DNA of 64,000 bases from the sequence record PQ657772.1, one strand, 5' to 3'. The notes below the pieces were generated by a model that saw nothing but the letters and a program-made list of their open reading frames with translations, made no database searches and had not been told where the DNA came from. The position numbers and the translations under genes were made by a program. This document shows, piece by piece, positions 34,619-45,144 of the stretch. Numbering within the stretch: position 1 is the stretch's first letter; each line of letters begins with the position of its first letter.

Positions 34619-35548
34619 TTACTTAAAAGTATTTACGATTTCCAAAACACTTTCAAGATACTTAGCATCAAAAGTTTCAGTAAATCCTGATGGTAACTCT
34701 TCAGTACTTACTACACCACTATCAATGTATTGTTTCAAAAACTTTTCCAGTACTAATGGTTTATGCCCATCTTCAAAGAAACGCTGAACTAGTACAGTGT
34801 GTTCAAAATCAGAATCACGACTTTGTTCATGAATTCGCCTCTTCATATCACCAGTAATTCCGTACTTGTAAACTGTTTTCTTTTTATTTGTCAATTTTTG
34901 AATGTAAAAATATCCAGGTTTTGATGGCTGGTATCCATATTCTCCACAAGATGGACACCCACGACCGTTGACATGTGCCTTTGGAATTTGAGTAAATTTA
35001 CCATGTTCTGGACAAACGATAATAATCTTTGTATCACTATTTTTATATTCAACTAAGTCATAGCAATATTTGTCACCATGTACTGCTATAGCTTTTTTAA
35101 TAAACAATTCAGTGGTTATACCAAAACGATTAGCACATACACCACAATCACAATTTTTATTCAACAATGTTGCTGGGTTAACTTCGATATAATCTTGATG
35201 TTCATTACAGAAAAGAATCACTTTAGTTTTTTGATTTACATAAACGGTTTTTTCATAAGAATATTTGTTACCATATTTTTCTTGACATTTTTTAATAAAT
35301 TCGTCAGTTTGATGTGGGACGTTTTTATGACATATATTACAACCTTTAGCAGTTTTTCTAACAATTTGCATAGGGGTAATTAAAAAATATTGATTACAAT
35401 CAGTACAATAAAGTTCGACTTGCTTATGGGCGTTAACATATACCATCTTTTCAAATGTATATTTCCCCATTCCATATTTTTCGTTAACATCGTTTATAAA
35501 TTTTTGTTCATGCTTGTTCATAATCCTACCTTGTGGGTTAATTTTCAT
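34619..35548 (-). mobile_element. Free-standing homing endonuclease-like gene (three Cys/His repeats plus C-terminal GIY-YIG-like domain)
   Basis: Repeats KY.Y.K..Y.N..TKV...C..H/C...GC..C x3; GYFYIQKL...YKYGIT; extended -10 TGTGGTATAAT upstream. Confidence 0.75.
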
Positions 35549-35570
35549 TGTAGATAATATTATACCACAA

Positions 35571-35608
35571 AAATAAAAAAAAAGAAAAGGGACTCCGAAG
35601 AGTCCCTA
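35571..35608 (-). terminator. Terminator after major capsid gene
   Basis: agggactc-ttcg-gagtccct hairpin followed by a long T-tract on the minus strand. Confidence 0.88.
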
Positions 35609-35629
35609 GTATATTTAAATTCTTTGTTA

Positions 35630-36805
35630 TTACATGAAAGTAACGTTTTTGATAGCGATTTTGCTGTAGTAATCAGCAGCATTACCCAAGCTACTGGTTG
35701 AGTCAGTGAGTTGTACGTAACCATAACGAGTGAGGAAGGTTGTGACCAATTCACCAGTGTTAGGGTCCATTACAGTACCGGATGCCATTAGTGGGATGTA
35801 TGGGCAATAGAACACACCAGCATCAGTTTCAGCGTTACCTTTGTAACCAATTAGGATATCTTCAACATCACTTGCATAGGTATCAACGAAGATACGCATG
35901 GTGCTGTTTAGAGTACCAACAAATTTAACGTTAGTTGGAGCTTCGAAAGTACCTTCAGTAGTACGTGCAAAACTAGAAGTAGTTGCAGACTGTAGAATGG
36001 TTAGAGCGGTTGGAGAAACAACAGCCCAGTTCGCAGCACCACGTTTGGTACGACGAGCAACTTCGTTCGCTTGACGGTTGATTAGGGTAGCTAGAGCAGC
36101 GTGCTCGTCACCAACGAAGGTCGCAACACCAGTAACTTTAGATTGGTCATAAGTTACAGCAGCAGCACCAGGTAGTGCACGTAGACGGCTTAGTAGCTCT
36201 TGGTCGATTTCAACTGTAACTTCTTGAGCGATTGCAGCCATTAGTTCAGCTTCAACGTCGATACCATGTTGGGATTGTGCATCTTGTGCAGATTCAACAG
36301 TCCAACGTGCAGATAGACGACGAGATTTCGCTTCAACAGTTTCACGTAGAATACGGATGTTAACGCGACGACCCATAGTACCTTCTAGTTGGCTAGTAGG
36401 AGCAGCTTGTGGGTTGCTGTTGTCTGCGTTTAGGTCACCAGTATAAGACTTAGCGATTTTGTATGGAGAAAGCATTTCTTCACCAGCGATAACACCAGGA
36501 GCGTTGTCAGCATATTGAACACGTAGGGTGTGGATCTGACCAACTGGGCCAGTCATTGGCTGAACACCGATGATTTCGTTAGCGATTACGGTTGGCATAA
36601 CACGACGCATAATTGGTAGAATCACTTTGTTTAGAGTAGCGATGTTACCAGCGGTGGTTGCACCAGAAGTAGCAGATTCGTTTAGCATTAGTTTACGATG
36701 GTTATCAAGTACGGTTTCCATTACGGACTTACGAGTACCTTGTAGACCTTCAACTAGTTTCTCTTTAACTGCTACCCATTTGGATTCATTTAGTAGTTGT
36801 GACAT
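35630..36805 (-). CDS. Major capsid protein (gp23-like)
   Basis: IIGVQPMTGPVGQIHTLR, AKSRRLSARWT, EIDQEL and FYCPYIPL motifs; TATAAATA at 36850..36857. Confidence 0.96.
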   Translation of the reverse strand: MSQLLNESKWVAVKEKLVEGLQGTRKSVMETVLDNHRKLMLNESATSGATTAGNIATLNKVILPIMRRVMPTVIANEIIGVQPMTGPVGQIHTLRVQYADNAPGVIAGEEMLSPYKIAKSYTGDLNADNSNPQAAPTSQLEGTMGRRVNIRILRETVEAKSRRLSARWTVESAQDAQSQHGIDVEAELMAAIAQEVTVEIDQELLSRLRALPGAAAVTYDQSKVTGVATFVGDEHAALATLINRQANEVARRTKRGAANWAVVSPTALTILQSATTSSFARTTEGTFEAPTNVKFVGTLNSTMRIFVDTYASDVEDILIGYKGNAETDAGVFYCPYIPLMASGTVMDPNTGELVTTFLTRYGYVQLTDSTSSLGNAADYYSKIAIKNVTFM

Positions 36806-36895
36806 TATTATCTCCTTAAAGATGTTATATTCGTTTTTCAGTATGATATTATTTATAGAACTGAAAAATTTGATTATTAAAATGCTTTAAAATGT

Positions 36896-38011
36896 TTATT
36901 TTTTATTGATACCAGAAAGAACATCGAGTTCTTTTAGGAATGCCATATCGTCAGCGGTCATTTCTTCGCTTTCAACAATAGCCTGACGGTTGCCAGTGAT
37001 TACTTTACCTTCTGCAAGAGTTCTCTTAGCGGAAGACTGAACTGCTTGACGAGTGGTAGCAGATTCATTTACTTTAGTACCGTTAAGTACTGACTTATGG
37101 TACTTGCTGAAATCGTCTTTAAGCTTTTCTGTAGGAGAAGTAGCTAGAAGGGATTCCATAATTTGTTTCTGTTGTGTAGTTAGTGGCTTAACTAGTTCAG
37201 ACATAATCGCATTACGAGCTTGTGAATCTTCCATAATACGTAGTTTGGTTTTAGCAGCTTTAACTTCACTTACAGTTTCATTTAGTTCTTGTTTAACTTG
37301 TGCAATTTCGTCTTCTTTAGACTTAATTGATTCAGTTAGGGAACGTAGTAGTGAATTCTCATTAAATTGTTTGACATTAAACTCTTGAGCAAACGCTTCA
37401 AAGATTTTACGACCAAACATATTTTGTTTTGCTTCAACAAGATCTTCTTTCAAAGCGTATAGGTTTTTCTGAGTAGTTTCTGCAATGTATTTAGCAGCAC
37501 TTTCAGAGGTACGTTTGATGAAGTTGTTACGTGCTTCAGCAATTTGACGGGAGCCTTCAGCTAGTAGTTTAACGCGAGTTTCAACTAGTTGACGTTTCTC
37601 GATGTGGAATTCTTTTAGCTCTTCTGCTAGGATACCGTTAGAGAAATTAACGAATTTACCCATGCATTCTTGAAGATGCTTACGTTCTTTACGCATTTGT
37701 TTAACTTCTTCAGCCAAAACAGAGTTAGAAAACGCAGAGAAATTACTTAGGGTTTTACGGAGAGTTACACGATCTTCTACAAGACGTTTTTTCTCTTCAT
37801 ATACTGCACCCATTTCTTCAGCGATAACTTGAGTAACCATAGTATTTAGACCTTCGGTTAGCTCGGACAAATCTTGTTTGTAGCGGCCTTTCATTTCTTC
37901 ACGCATTTCTGCGGCAAGTGTGTTTTTTTCTTCATTCCATGCTTCCTGAATTAGCTGTTTTGCCTCATCAGAAAGAGATGATTCTTTTAGAAGCTTTTCT
38001 AATTTAGACAT
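36896..38011 (-). CDS. Prohead core scaffold protein (gp22-like)
   Basis: Coiled-coil, E/K-rich, between protease and MCP; TATAAATA at 38059..38066. Confidence 0.85.
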   Translation of the reverse strand: MSKLEKLLKESSLSDEAKQLIQEAWNEEKNTLAAEMREEMKGRYKQDLSELTEGLNTMVTQVIAEEMGAVYEEKKRLVEDRVTLRKTLSNFSAFSNSVLAEEVKQMRKERKHLQECMGKFVNFSNGILAEELKEFHIEKRQLVETRVKLLAEGSRQIAEARNNFIKRTSESAAKYIAETTQKNLYALKEDLVEAKQNMFGRKIFEAFAQEFNVKQFNENSLLRSLTESIKSKEDEIAQVKQELNETVSEVKAAKTKLRIMEDSQARNAIMSELVKPLTTQQKQIMESLLATSPTEKLKDDFSKYHKSVLNGTKVNESATTRQAVQSSAKRTLAEGKVITGNRQAIVESEEMTADDMAFLKELDVLSGINKK

Positions 38012-38077
38012 TCGTTCTCTCCTTTAAGTACTGAAATATCTGTACTTCAACATACAAATATTTATATTTTTAAAATG

Positions 38078-38698
38078 TTAACCTTTTAATTTCTTGAAAA
38101 AATCGTAAATTTCAGAATCTACATTATTTACTGTTTTAGATTCTGTGATTTTTTTAGGACTATTACAAGGTGATCCGTACTTACTCATCAGAGATTCAAA
38201 AACCGCAGTAGGGTATGCCTCTGGAGCACTAGGTTGAGCAACAATATCAATTGTGATAATTTCAAAATCAGAAACTATTCCATTGTAATCCACGTTACCG
38301 GAACCACGAGAACTTACACCAAGTTTCACACCAGCTTCTAGCATTTTACGAATATTAGTACCATGAGCAGTATCAAGTAGTTTGATTTCTGCCATGCCGT
38401 TAGCACCTTCCATCCAGACCTTAGTAATCATTGCTGCTACACGGTCAAGGTTAATTGTTAGTGTTTCAGGGTGGTCACATTCAACTAGAATACTTTCACC
38501 TTTAGCCAAACGTTGAGCCATATTATTAACAGCTTTAGTAATTTCGGCTAAAGGGTAAATTCTCTCATTTAAATTTCTTTGATCGGCTTGAATAGCAATA
38601 CCACGAAGATAGCAATCACGCCCACCAAGTCCATTATCACGATGTTCCAAAACAACTTTAGAATCATTGAATGAAGACCATTCACGAATCATACTCAT
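38078..38698 (-). CDS. Prohead protease (gp21-like)
   Basis: NLNERIYP, ECDHPE...LDRVA, GVSSRGSG and TIDIVAQPSAPEA motifs. Confidence 0.93.
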   Translation of the reverse strand: MSMIREWSSFNDSKVVLEHRDNGLGGRDCYLRGIAIQADQRNLNERIYPLAEITKAVNNMAQRLAKGESILVECDHPETLTINLDRVAAMITKVWMEGANGMAEIKLLDTAHGTNIRKMLEAGVKLGVSSRGSGNVDYNGIVSDFEIITIDIVAQPSAPEAYPTAVFESLMSKYGSPCNSPKKITESKTVNNVDSEIYDFFKKLKG

Positions 38699-38729
38699 AA
38701 TGATCTCCTTTCCTTTTCTTTATTTAGTG

Positions 38730-39575
38730 TTAGATTTTTGGTTGTGATTTTGGTAGTGGAGAACGAGATTTAGAAGCGGTATTTTTTGGCTTCGCAACAT
38801 CTTTCATTTCGCCACGAGCATTTTTACCTAGGTCTTCATCAGTGTGAGACATAGCATCTTCGTTTTCAAAATCATAATCTACTTGTTTTTCGGAAGCTTT
38901 AGCGAATTTCACTGGAGCAACACCTTGAACTGGAGATTTAGCTTCTGGAGCAACTGGAGACTTGGTATTAACGCCAGCTTTTTCTTTCTTATCAACCGCA
39001 GCAACTTGCTTAAGTTTGAAAGACTCACCAACTTTCTCATCACCGAATTGTACATCAGCAAATTCGTCTTCAGATTCTTCACCATCAGCACCGAATTCTT
39101 CTTCCGCACCAACTTCAACTTCTTCGTCGTCAGAACCTAGGTCAACTTCATCACCACCGATTTCGTCAAACATTTGTTGTAGGCCACGGAAAGCATCTTG
39201 AATAGATTCCCATTGGTCTTCGGAAGGAACTTCTGCACCAACTTCTGCTTCAGCGTCAACTTCTTCGCCATCAGCATCAGCAGAGAATTCAACTTCTTCT
39301 TCTGCACTTTCATCTTCTTCACCTAGGGTGTATTCGATTTCAGCATTTAGACCAGCGTCTGGTTGAACATCAAAGTCTTCGTCAAGTTTTTCTTCGTCTT
39401 TGACTTCAACTTCACATTCTTCTTCGTCCATGCTTTCTTCTAGTTCTTTATTGATTTCTTGAGCTTGCTCAACAAAGTACTTACGCATTTTTTTATCAGC
39501 AACATCTTGTTCGCCGTTTGCAAACGCTTCAATTGCTTCTTGTAGTAGTTTTAAATTCGCCATTATATCCTCCAT
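38730..39575 (-). CDS. Highly acidic prohead core protein
   Basis: D/E-rich 281 aa at the T4 gp67/68 position. Confidence 0.65.
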   Translation of the reverse strand: MEDIMANLKLLQEAIEAFANGEQDVADKKMRKYFVEQAQEINKELEESMDEEECEVEVKDEEKLDEDFDVQPDAGLNAEIEYTLGEEDESAEEEVEFSADADGEEVDAEAEVGAEVPSEDQWESIQDAFRGLQQMFDEIGGDEVDLGSDDEEVEVGAEEEFGADGEESEDEFADVQFGDEKVGESFKLKQVAAVDKKEKAGVNTKSPVAPEAKSPVQGVAPVKFAKASEKQVDYDFENEDAMSHTDEDLGKNARGEMKDVAKPKNTASKSRSPLPKSQPKI

Positions 39576-39663
39576 AGATATATTACATTCATATAAAGTA
39601 TGATATTATTTAGTACTGAAAAATTTCGCCATTTTTAAAAGCTTTAAAAAGTGCGATTTTTGT

Positions 39664-39891
39664 TTACATTAATCCTGAACCATCACCGGATGGTGCTGCT
39701 GTATAAACAACAGCGACAACATTTTTGCGTCGTTGTTCTTCATTAGCTTTAAATTCACGGTACTTTCTTAAATTATTAAGTACTTGTAATGTTAGTTTTG
39801 GTTTTCTGGAATCAGTAATTTTATATACGTTCTGATCATCTTCAGGGTCGTATAAAGAATCACTGCTAGATTCAAAGATGTCCTTTAACAT
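39664..39891 (-). CDS. Small head-module protein
   Basis: 75 aa between portal and core gene; CATAAATA at 39956..39963. Confidence 0.7.
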   Translation of the reverse strand: MLKDIFESSSDSLYDPEDDQNVYKITDSRKPKLTLQVLNNLRKYREFKANEEQRRKNVVAVVYTAAPSGDGSGLM

Positions 39892-39964
39892 TTCATCTCC
39901 TTTGAATATGCATTATAATGAGGGCAACTAATGTACCCTCATTCTTATACATTGTTATTTATGA

Positions 39965-41701
39965 TTAAAAAGAATCGCCTAAATTATTCGGGTTAAAACC
40001 TGCACTTCCTTGTTGTTCTTGGTATTCAGCATCGGCACTTTCTAAGTTACCGTCACCATCAATACCCAAATCCATACCAGGATCGTTAGGAGCATCTATA
40101 CCAACAGATTGCAACCCAGCAGCATCTTCTTCACCACTTGACGGAGCGGAACCATCTTGTGGATTTTCTTGGAGCCACATTTGCTCATTCTTAACAATAT
40201 CAGCTTTAGAGAAGCCCATTTTTTCAAGAATAGTTTGTTTTGCCATATATGGCAGATCGTTAAGTGGGAGATAGGTGTTAATTAGTTTAGCATCTAGTTC
40301 CGCTTTACGATAAGAAGCCAAGTTAATAGGTGGATTCATAATTACTTCAAAAGATGAAGTACTAATGTTATATCCATTTTTAACCATAAAACGTTTAAAT
40401 TCTGCATCAAATAGTTTTGCAACCAAACGTTGATAACGCATACATTGGTTATTAAAACGTAATTCACTTGCCATTGCTTGTGTTGCACCATCACCAAATA
40501 GTGATACACCACCATCATCTGGACCTTGCGGTAGATATGAAGCTGGAATTTGCAATCCACGAATCAATTTATTGTTGAAGTAACGCAAGTCATCAATCTG
40601 ACCTAAGTTATCACCACCTGGAAGTGTTTGTACATCTGAACCACGACCTTCAGAAGTTTGTGGGAAGAAGTAATCTTCTAGAATACTTAATGGATTATAT
40701 GCTGCATCCATTAGAGAAGTACTGCCACCTTTATTTGAAGGGATACGTCTTTGGTGAATTTCATTTTTGAATCGTTCTACGTATGCCATTGCTTGGTGAG
40801 TTTGCATATCACCAACGTCAATTTTAAATACACGACGCTCTGGAGCACGTTGAACACGATAGATAATAATACTATCTTCAAGTAATTCTTTTTGTTTATA
40901 GACTTTGAAAACATCTTCAAGTATACTAGTACCAAAAGGCCAAACTCCATCTTGTCCTGTATTTAGGGTTAGATGAATTACATGTTCTGCACCAACTGGA
41001 ATAACATCAAGACGACCGTTAGTACTGAATGGGTCAGCAGAGTTTCCTTGGTTAGTAAAGCCAGATGCACCACCTGCTGCTACTGAACCACCGCCACCTA
41101 ATGTGGTAGGGATTGCACCAGGATATGCAGTTTTGTCAAAACCAACTTGCAAGTTACTAAACACTTTATCTTTAAGATTCAAAGATACATCACGGATATA
41201 ATAAATTACAGGGGTTTTTCCGGTTGCTTCGTTAACGAATACTTGTTCAACGTTTTTTGGGCTTACCCAGTACCAGTCAAATGTTTCTGGGTCACGAATG
41301 AAGAATTGGTCACCGTATTTTAATAGGCCACGTACAATTTCATACATTCTGGTTTTAAAATCATTTTGTTCAGTCCATGCATCCAAACGGTCTTCAATAG
41401 TAGTTACTTCTGTATCACCAATATCATCTTTATATTTGATTTTATATGGAAGACCAAAATCTTCAGTACTTTGTGTACAGAAGTCAGCAATGATATTAAG
41501 TGCTGTTCTAATTTCAGGATCTTGGTCCATCTGTTCATACTGACTATAACGTTCAGTACGGTTAGCTAAACCATTGTATACTACTGGAAGATAGGAAGCG
41601 AAATTTGTTTTCGTTCCTGTTGATTTGTTGCTATTACTGGACTGATTAGGGACGACCGATAACTTCGATCTCCCCATTGTCATATGTCGTTTCCAACTCA
41701 T
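39965..41701 (-). CDS. Portal protein (gp20-like)
   Basis: YEQMDQDPEI, LLEDSIIIYRVQRAPERRVFKIDVG, EDYFFP..EGRG..V.TLPGG.NL motifs. Confidence 0.96.
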   Translation of the reverse strand: MSWKRHMTMGRSKLSVVPNQSSNSNKSTGTKTNFASYLPVVYNGLANRTERYSQYEQMDQDPEIRTALNIIADFCTQSTEDFGLPYKIKYKDDIGDTEVTTIEDRLDAWTEQNDFKTRMYEIVRGLLKYGDQFFIRDPETFDWYWVSPKNVEQVFVNEATGKTPVIYYIRDVSLNLKDKVFSNLQVGFDKTAYPGAIPTTLGGGGSVAAGGASGFTNQGNSADPFSTNGRLDVIPVGAEHVIHLTLNTGQDGVWPFGTSILEDVFKVYKQKELLEDSIIIYRVQRAPERRVFKIDVGDMQTHQAMAYVERFKNEIHQRRIPSNKGGSTSLMDAAYNPLSILEDYFFPQTSEGRGSDVQTLPGGDNLGQIDDLRYFNNKLIRGLQIPASYLPQGPDDGGVSLFGDGATQAMASELRFNNQCMRYQRLVAKLFDAEFKRFMVKNGYNISTSSFEVIMNPPINLASYRKAELDAKLINTYLPLNDLPYMAKQTILEKMGFSKADIVKNEQMWLQENPQDGSAPSSGEEDAAGLQSVGIDAPNDPGMDLGIDGDGNLESADAEYQEQQGSAGFNPNNLGDSF

Positions 41702-41713
41702 TATTGTTCGTCC

Positions 41714-43912
41714 TTAACTGTTTCTCTCACCTTGGGTGTTTTCAGAGATAGTTCTTAGATAATTATTTGTCTGTTGTACAGCAGATAGTGATTGTTCATT
41801 AACATCGGCAAGCTTTTTGAGTATTTCTTTCATTTCATCAGAAATCGGTGCTGGTGGTCCAGTTCTCGATGTCACTGCACTACCATTATTTATCATCTTC
41901 TTAATTGCCTCTGTATCGTCAGGTTTTGGCGGTACTGGTGGTTCACCTGGTGCCCATGCAGTTTTATCAAAATCTTTACGAGATACAGTTATCTCTGGAG
42001 CAACGTTATTGGTTTTTTCAATAACAGGACGAATACGTTCTACTCCTGGACGGTTGAATAAACTGTCAGCATAATCAGATGGTAGTGGTTTTGGTTCTTT
42101 GTAGTTACGTGAGGTGTTCCATTTGTTGAACTTATCCCACATCCCTGCAAAATAATCACTAACACTATTTACACCGTTGTCAATGATGTTGTTTACGCTT
42201 TCTGCTGGGGTTTCAGTACTGTTATTGAGTTTTATATCATTATCAGAACCACCACCGAACCAACTTTTAACAGAATTCCATAGGTTACCAGGTAAATCCA
42301 TTAAGTTATTCATAAAGGTATCAAATGCTTCTGACACTTTAGAGTAACCTGAACCGAATATATCTGCACCCAATCCATCCAACCAAGCTGTAAATTCAGC
42401 ACCAATACGATCAAGGTAAGCAATTGCATCTTTAGCAATAGGTACTAACCCAAATCCATCAAGAGCCAATTCCCCAATAAACTCCCATGCACCATCAGTT
42501 CTGTCTGCAATGTCTGAAAGATAATCCACAATTGAATTTTGTGTATTAGCATACATTGTATTAAATGGTTCAGTGAATTCTTTACTAATCCACATATTGA
42601 AGCGGTTAGTAAATTGAGTTAATTTATCAGCGGGATTATTTTTAGGTTCATTTACGGTTGCTTCCATATCCAATAGTTGTTGGTAGAAGGTTGCAGCAGT
42701 TGTGTTTCCTAATTGAATCTGGTTAAGCAAATCTTGCTTAATTAATTCTTTATTCTTTTTAACGAATTCTAATTGTTGGCGACGAATTTCTTGTGAATCA
42801 GTTACACCACTACGCACAAGATTTTCACCTAAATCAGCGAACTGGTTCAGTACTGGAGTGAGTAGGTCATCCGGTACACCACCAATAGACAATCTGTGTG
42901 ATATCAAACGGAGGAAATCTGCACCTGCATCACCCATTGCACCCGCAGCTTCGTTGAACGCCTTAGATGTTGCTACAGCAGCTTTACTGGATAGTCCAGA
43001 GTAGTTCTGCAATGCAATTTGCATAGAACGCGTATCGAGTGATTTATCTAGGTTTTGTGTTTTGTTTAGTAATGCATCAACGGATTCACCCATGCTTTTA
43101 CTGAATTTAGTCATGCTCATGATGAATTGTTCAGTACTTTTAGCTTGGTCCATACTACGAAGAGCTTCACGACCACCATATTGTTTTTGGAACTTAATGT
43201 TTCTTGCAGTTAAATCAGTTAATGTTTTTTGAGAAATACCATAAAGGCCAAGTTCATTTTGAGCTTGTTGAACAGTTCCTAATAATTTACCAAAGGTAGC
43301 AACACCATCACCATATGCCCCATCCAATTGAGCTACCACAGAACTATGTGTTTGTAGAGCTTCACTGAATGCATCCATACTCAACATAGATGCACCTGCA
43401 CCTTTCAGTACTGAACCATAACCTTCAGCCAATGCAACACCAGCACTGTTAATTCTGGTATATACTTCCAATTGTGCATTAAGTGCGTTATATACAGCAA
43501 GACCAGCACCAGTAACGAGTTTAAATGCTGCTGCCGCTGCACCAATTGGACCTGGCATCATTGCTAATGAACCAGCAAATGATGATGCACTAACGCCTAA
43601 TGAGTTTACTACAGTACTTACGTTCGTACTGGAGTTCATCATTGTTTTGCTTACATTGGAAACTTCAGAAGATAGTGATTTGAACAATTTACCAAATGCT
43701 TTCCCATCATCGGCTTGTGCACTTCCACGATTTCCACGATTACTGGAAGAACTGGAACTGGAACCATTCTTTTTACTATTTGAACCTGATTTTTTCTTAT
43801 CATTCTTTATATTTTCAGCTAATAACTCACGGATAGCAGTCAAACTATCATTGTTATCTTTAGTTTGATTAACCAACTGCTGTAGTAGGTAATCACTTGT
43901 ATTGACAGCCAT
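41714..43912 (-). CDS. Putative tape measure protein
   Basis: Long Ala/Gly/Ser-rich helical protein with W/F-periodic segments; start MAVNT at 43912; CATAAATA at 43945..43952. Confidence 0.7.
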   Translation of the reverse strand: MAVNTSDYLLQQLVNQTKDNNDSLTAIRELLAENIKNDKKKSGSNSKKNGSSSSSSSNRGNRGSAQADDGKAFGKLFKSLSSEVSNVSKTMMNSSTNVSTVVNSLGVSASSFAGSLAMMPGPIGAAAAAFKLVTGAGLAVYNALNAQLEVYTRINSAGVALAEGYGSVLKGAGASMLSMDAFSEALQTHSSVVAQLDGAYGDGVATFGKLLGTVQQAQNELGLYGISQKTLTDLTARNIKFQKQYGGREALRSMDQAKSTEQFIMSMTKFSKSMGESVDALLNKTQNLDKSLDTRSMQIALQNYSGLSSKAAVATSKAFNEAAGAMGDAGADFLRLISHRLSIGGVPDDLLTPVLNQFADLGENLVRSGVTDSQEIRRQQLEFVKKNKELIKQDLLNQIQLGNTTAATFYQQLLDMEATVNEPKNNPADKLTQFTNRFNMWISKEFTEPFNTMYANTQNSIVDYLSDIADRTDGAWEFIGELALDGFGLVPIAKDAIAYLDRIGAEFTAWLDGLGADIFGSGYSKVSEAFDTFMNNLMDLPGNLWNSVKSWFGGGSDNDIKLNNSTETPAESVNNIIDNGVNSVSDYFAGMWDKFNKWNTSRNYKEPKPLPSDYADSLFNRPGVERIRPVIEKTNNVAPEITVSRKDFDKTAWAPGEPPVPPKPDDTEAIKKMINNGSAVTSRTGPPAPISDEMKEILKKLADVNEQSLSAVQQTNNYLRTISENTQGERNS

Positions 43913-44057
43913 AACATTCCCTTTTAATAGATGTATTATAGAAATATTTATGAATCTATAACGAATAAAAAAGACCCATCTATAACATTTGTCCAATTTG
44001 TCCCATTTTTTGGTAATAAATACTACAGAGACATTTATTACATGGAGATTTAATAAA

Positions 44058-44894
44058 ATGGCAATGAACCCACTAGCTAAGTATACTAAAATTGAAGAAC
44101 TTGGTACAAAATTGGTCACAAATGGCGTGATTCCTTATAAAGAAGGAGTTCTTGGCTCTAAAGGTATCAAATGTGGCATTTGTGCTCGTAGTGCACGCGA
44201 TGAAATGACACTCAATACACCAGATATGCTTCTAAATGGTGATGCAATTGCTCGTGTTATTGAAAACTGCGTACCTAACGTACTTGATGCAGATGAACTT
44301 TATGTAAATGACGTAGAGCAACTACTTATCGCTATTAAAGTAGCTTCTAAAGAAGAATCATATGATATTAATGTGACATGTCCTGAATGTAACAAAGAAG
44401 GCCGTTTTGAGCGTAGCTTATCATATCTACTAGAAACAGCACAAACTTTCAGTGAAGTTCCTACTGTACAATTGGATAATGGACTAAGTTTAGAGTTTAG
44501 ACCACTTACTTGGAAGGAATATTCTAACTTCGCAGAAAGAATGTTTACAGAACAACAAAAAACTAAATTCCTTGAAACTGCCGAAATGGAGCAGGAAGAA
44601 AAAGTTAAAGTGTTTGGTGAAGTATTTGAAAGTATGGCACAACTCAACTTTGATATGATCGCAGGAGTTATTGCTAAAGTAATTACTCCTGAAGGTGATG
44701 AAGTAACTGAAAACGAATTCATTGCTGAATGGCTAGGTCAGCAGTCCAAAGGAACACTTAAAATAATTCGTGAAAAAATGGATGAAGTACTTGAAATTGG
44801 TGTTTCCCATACTATGGAAGTTGAATGCAGTGACTGTAATCATCAATGGGAAATTAATGGACTGAAATATGACCCAAGTCATTTTTTCGCATAA
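44058..44894 (+). CDS. Baseplate hub / tail assembly chaperone (gp26-like)
   Basis: ARDEMTLNTPDMLLNG, CPEC, FRPLT and CSDC motifs, C-terminal SHFFA; AATAAATA at 44015..44022. Confidence 0.75.
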   Translation: MAMNPLAKYTKIEELGTKLVTNGVIPYKEGVLGSKGIKCGICARSARDEMTLNTPDMLLNGDAIARVIENCVPNVLDADELYVNDVEQLLIAIKVASKEESYDINVTCPECNKEGRFERSLSYLLETAQTFSEVPTVQLDNGLSLEFRPLTWKEYSNFAERMFTEQQKTKFLETAEMEQEEKVKVFGEVFESMAQLNFDMIAGVIAKVITPEGDEVTENEFIAEWLGQQSKGTLKIIREKMDEVLEIGVSHTMEVECSDCNHQWEINGLKYDPSHFFA

Positions 44895-45103
44895 TGCTTC
44901 TCCACTCATCTCCTGAAGAAATACAAGAAGTACTTAAGGAATTTGAGTTGAATAAGTCAGATATTAAAACTGCATTAATGGAGTGTTCTGTTTATATGGA
45001 AAGTGTTGATTACGGAACACTACTTAATATGCCACTAATTGATAGAGACTTATTAGTTAAGTCTTTTAATAAGAAAATTAAAAAACAAAACGAGAAGCAC
45101 TAA
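44894..45103 (+). CDS. Hub assembly chaperone extension (gp51-like), in -1 frame to the upstream gene
   Basis: LLNMPLIDRDLLV motif; TAATG overlap; slippery T TTT TTC at 44882..44888. Confidence 0.6.
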   Translation: MLLHSSPEEIQEVLKEFELNKSDIKTALMECSVYMESVDYGTLLNMPLIDRDLLVKSFNKKIKKQNEKH

Positions 45104-45110
45104 CTCACAA

Positions 45111-45140
45111 GGAGCCAGCACATTGTTGCTGGTTTTTTTT
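45111..45140 (+). terminator. Intrinsic terminator
   Basis: ccagcaca-tt-gttgctgg-type hairpin followed by T8. Confidence 0.75.
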
Positions 45141-45144
45141 GGTT

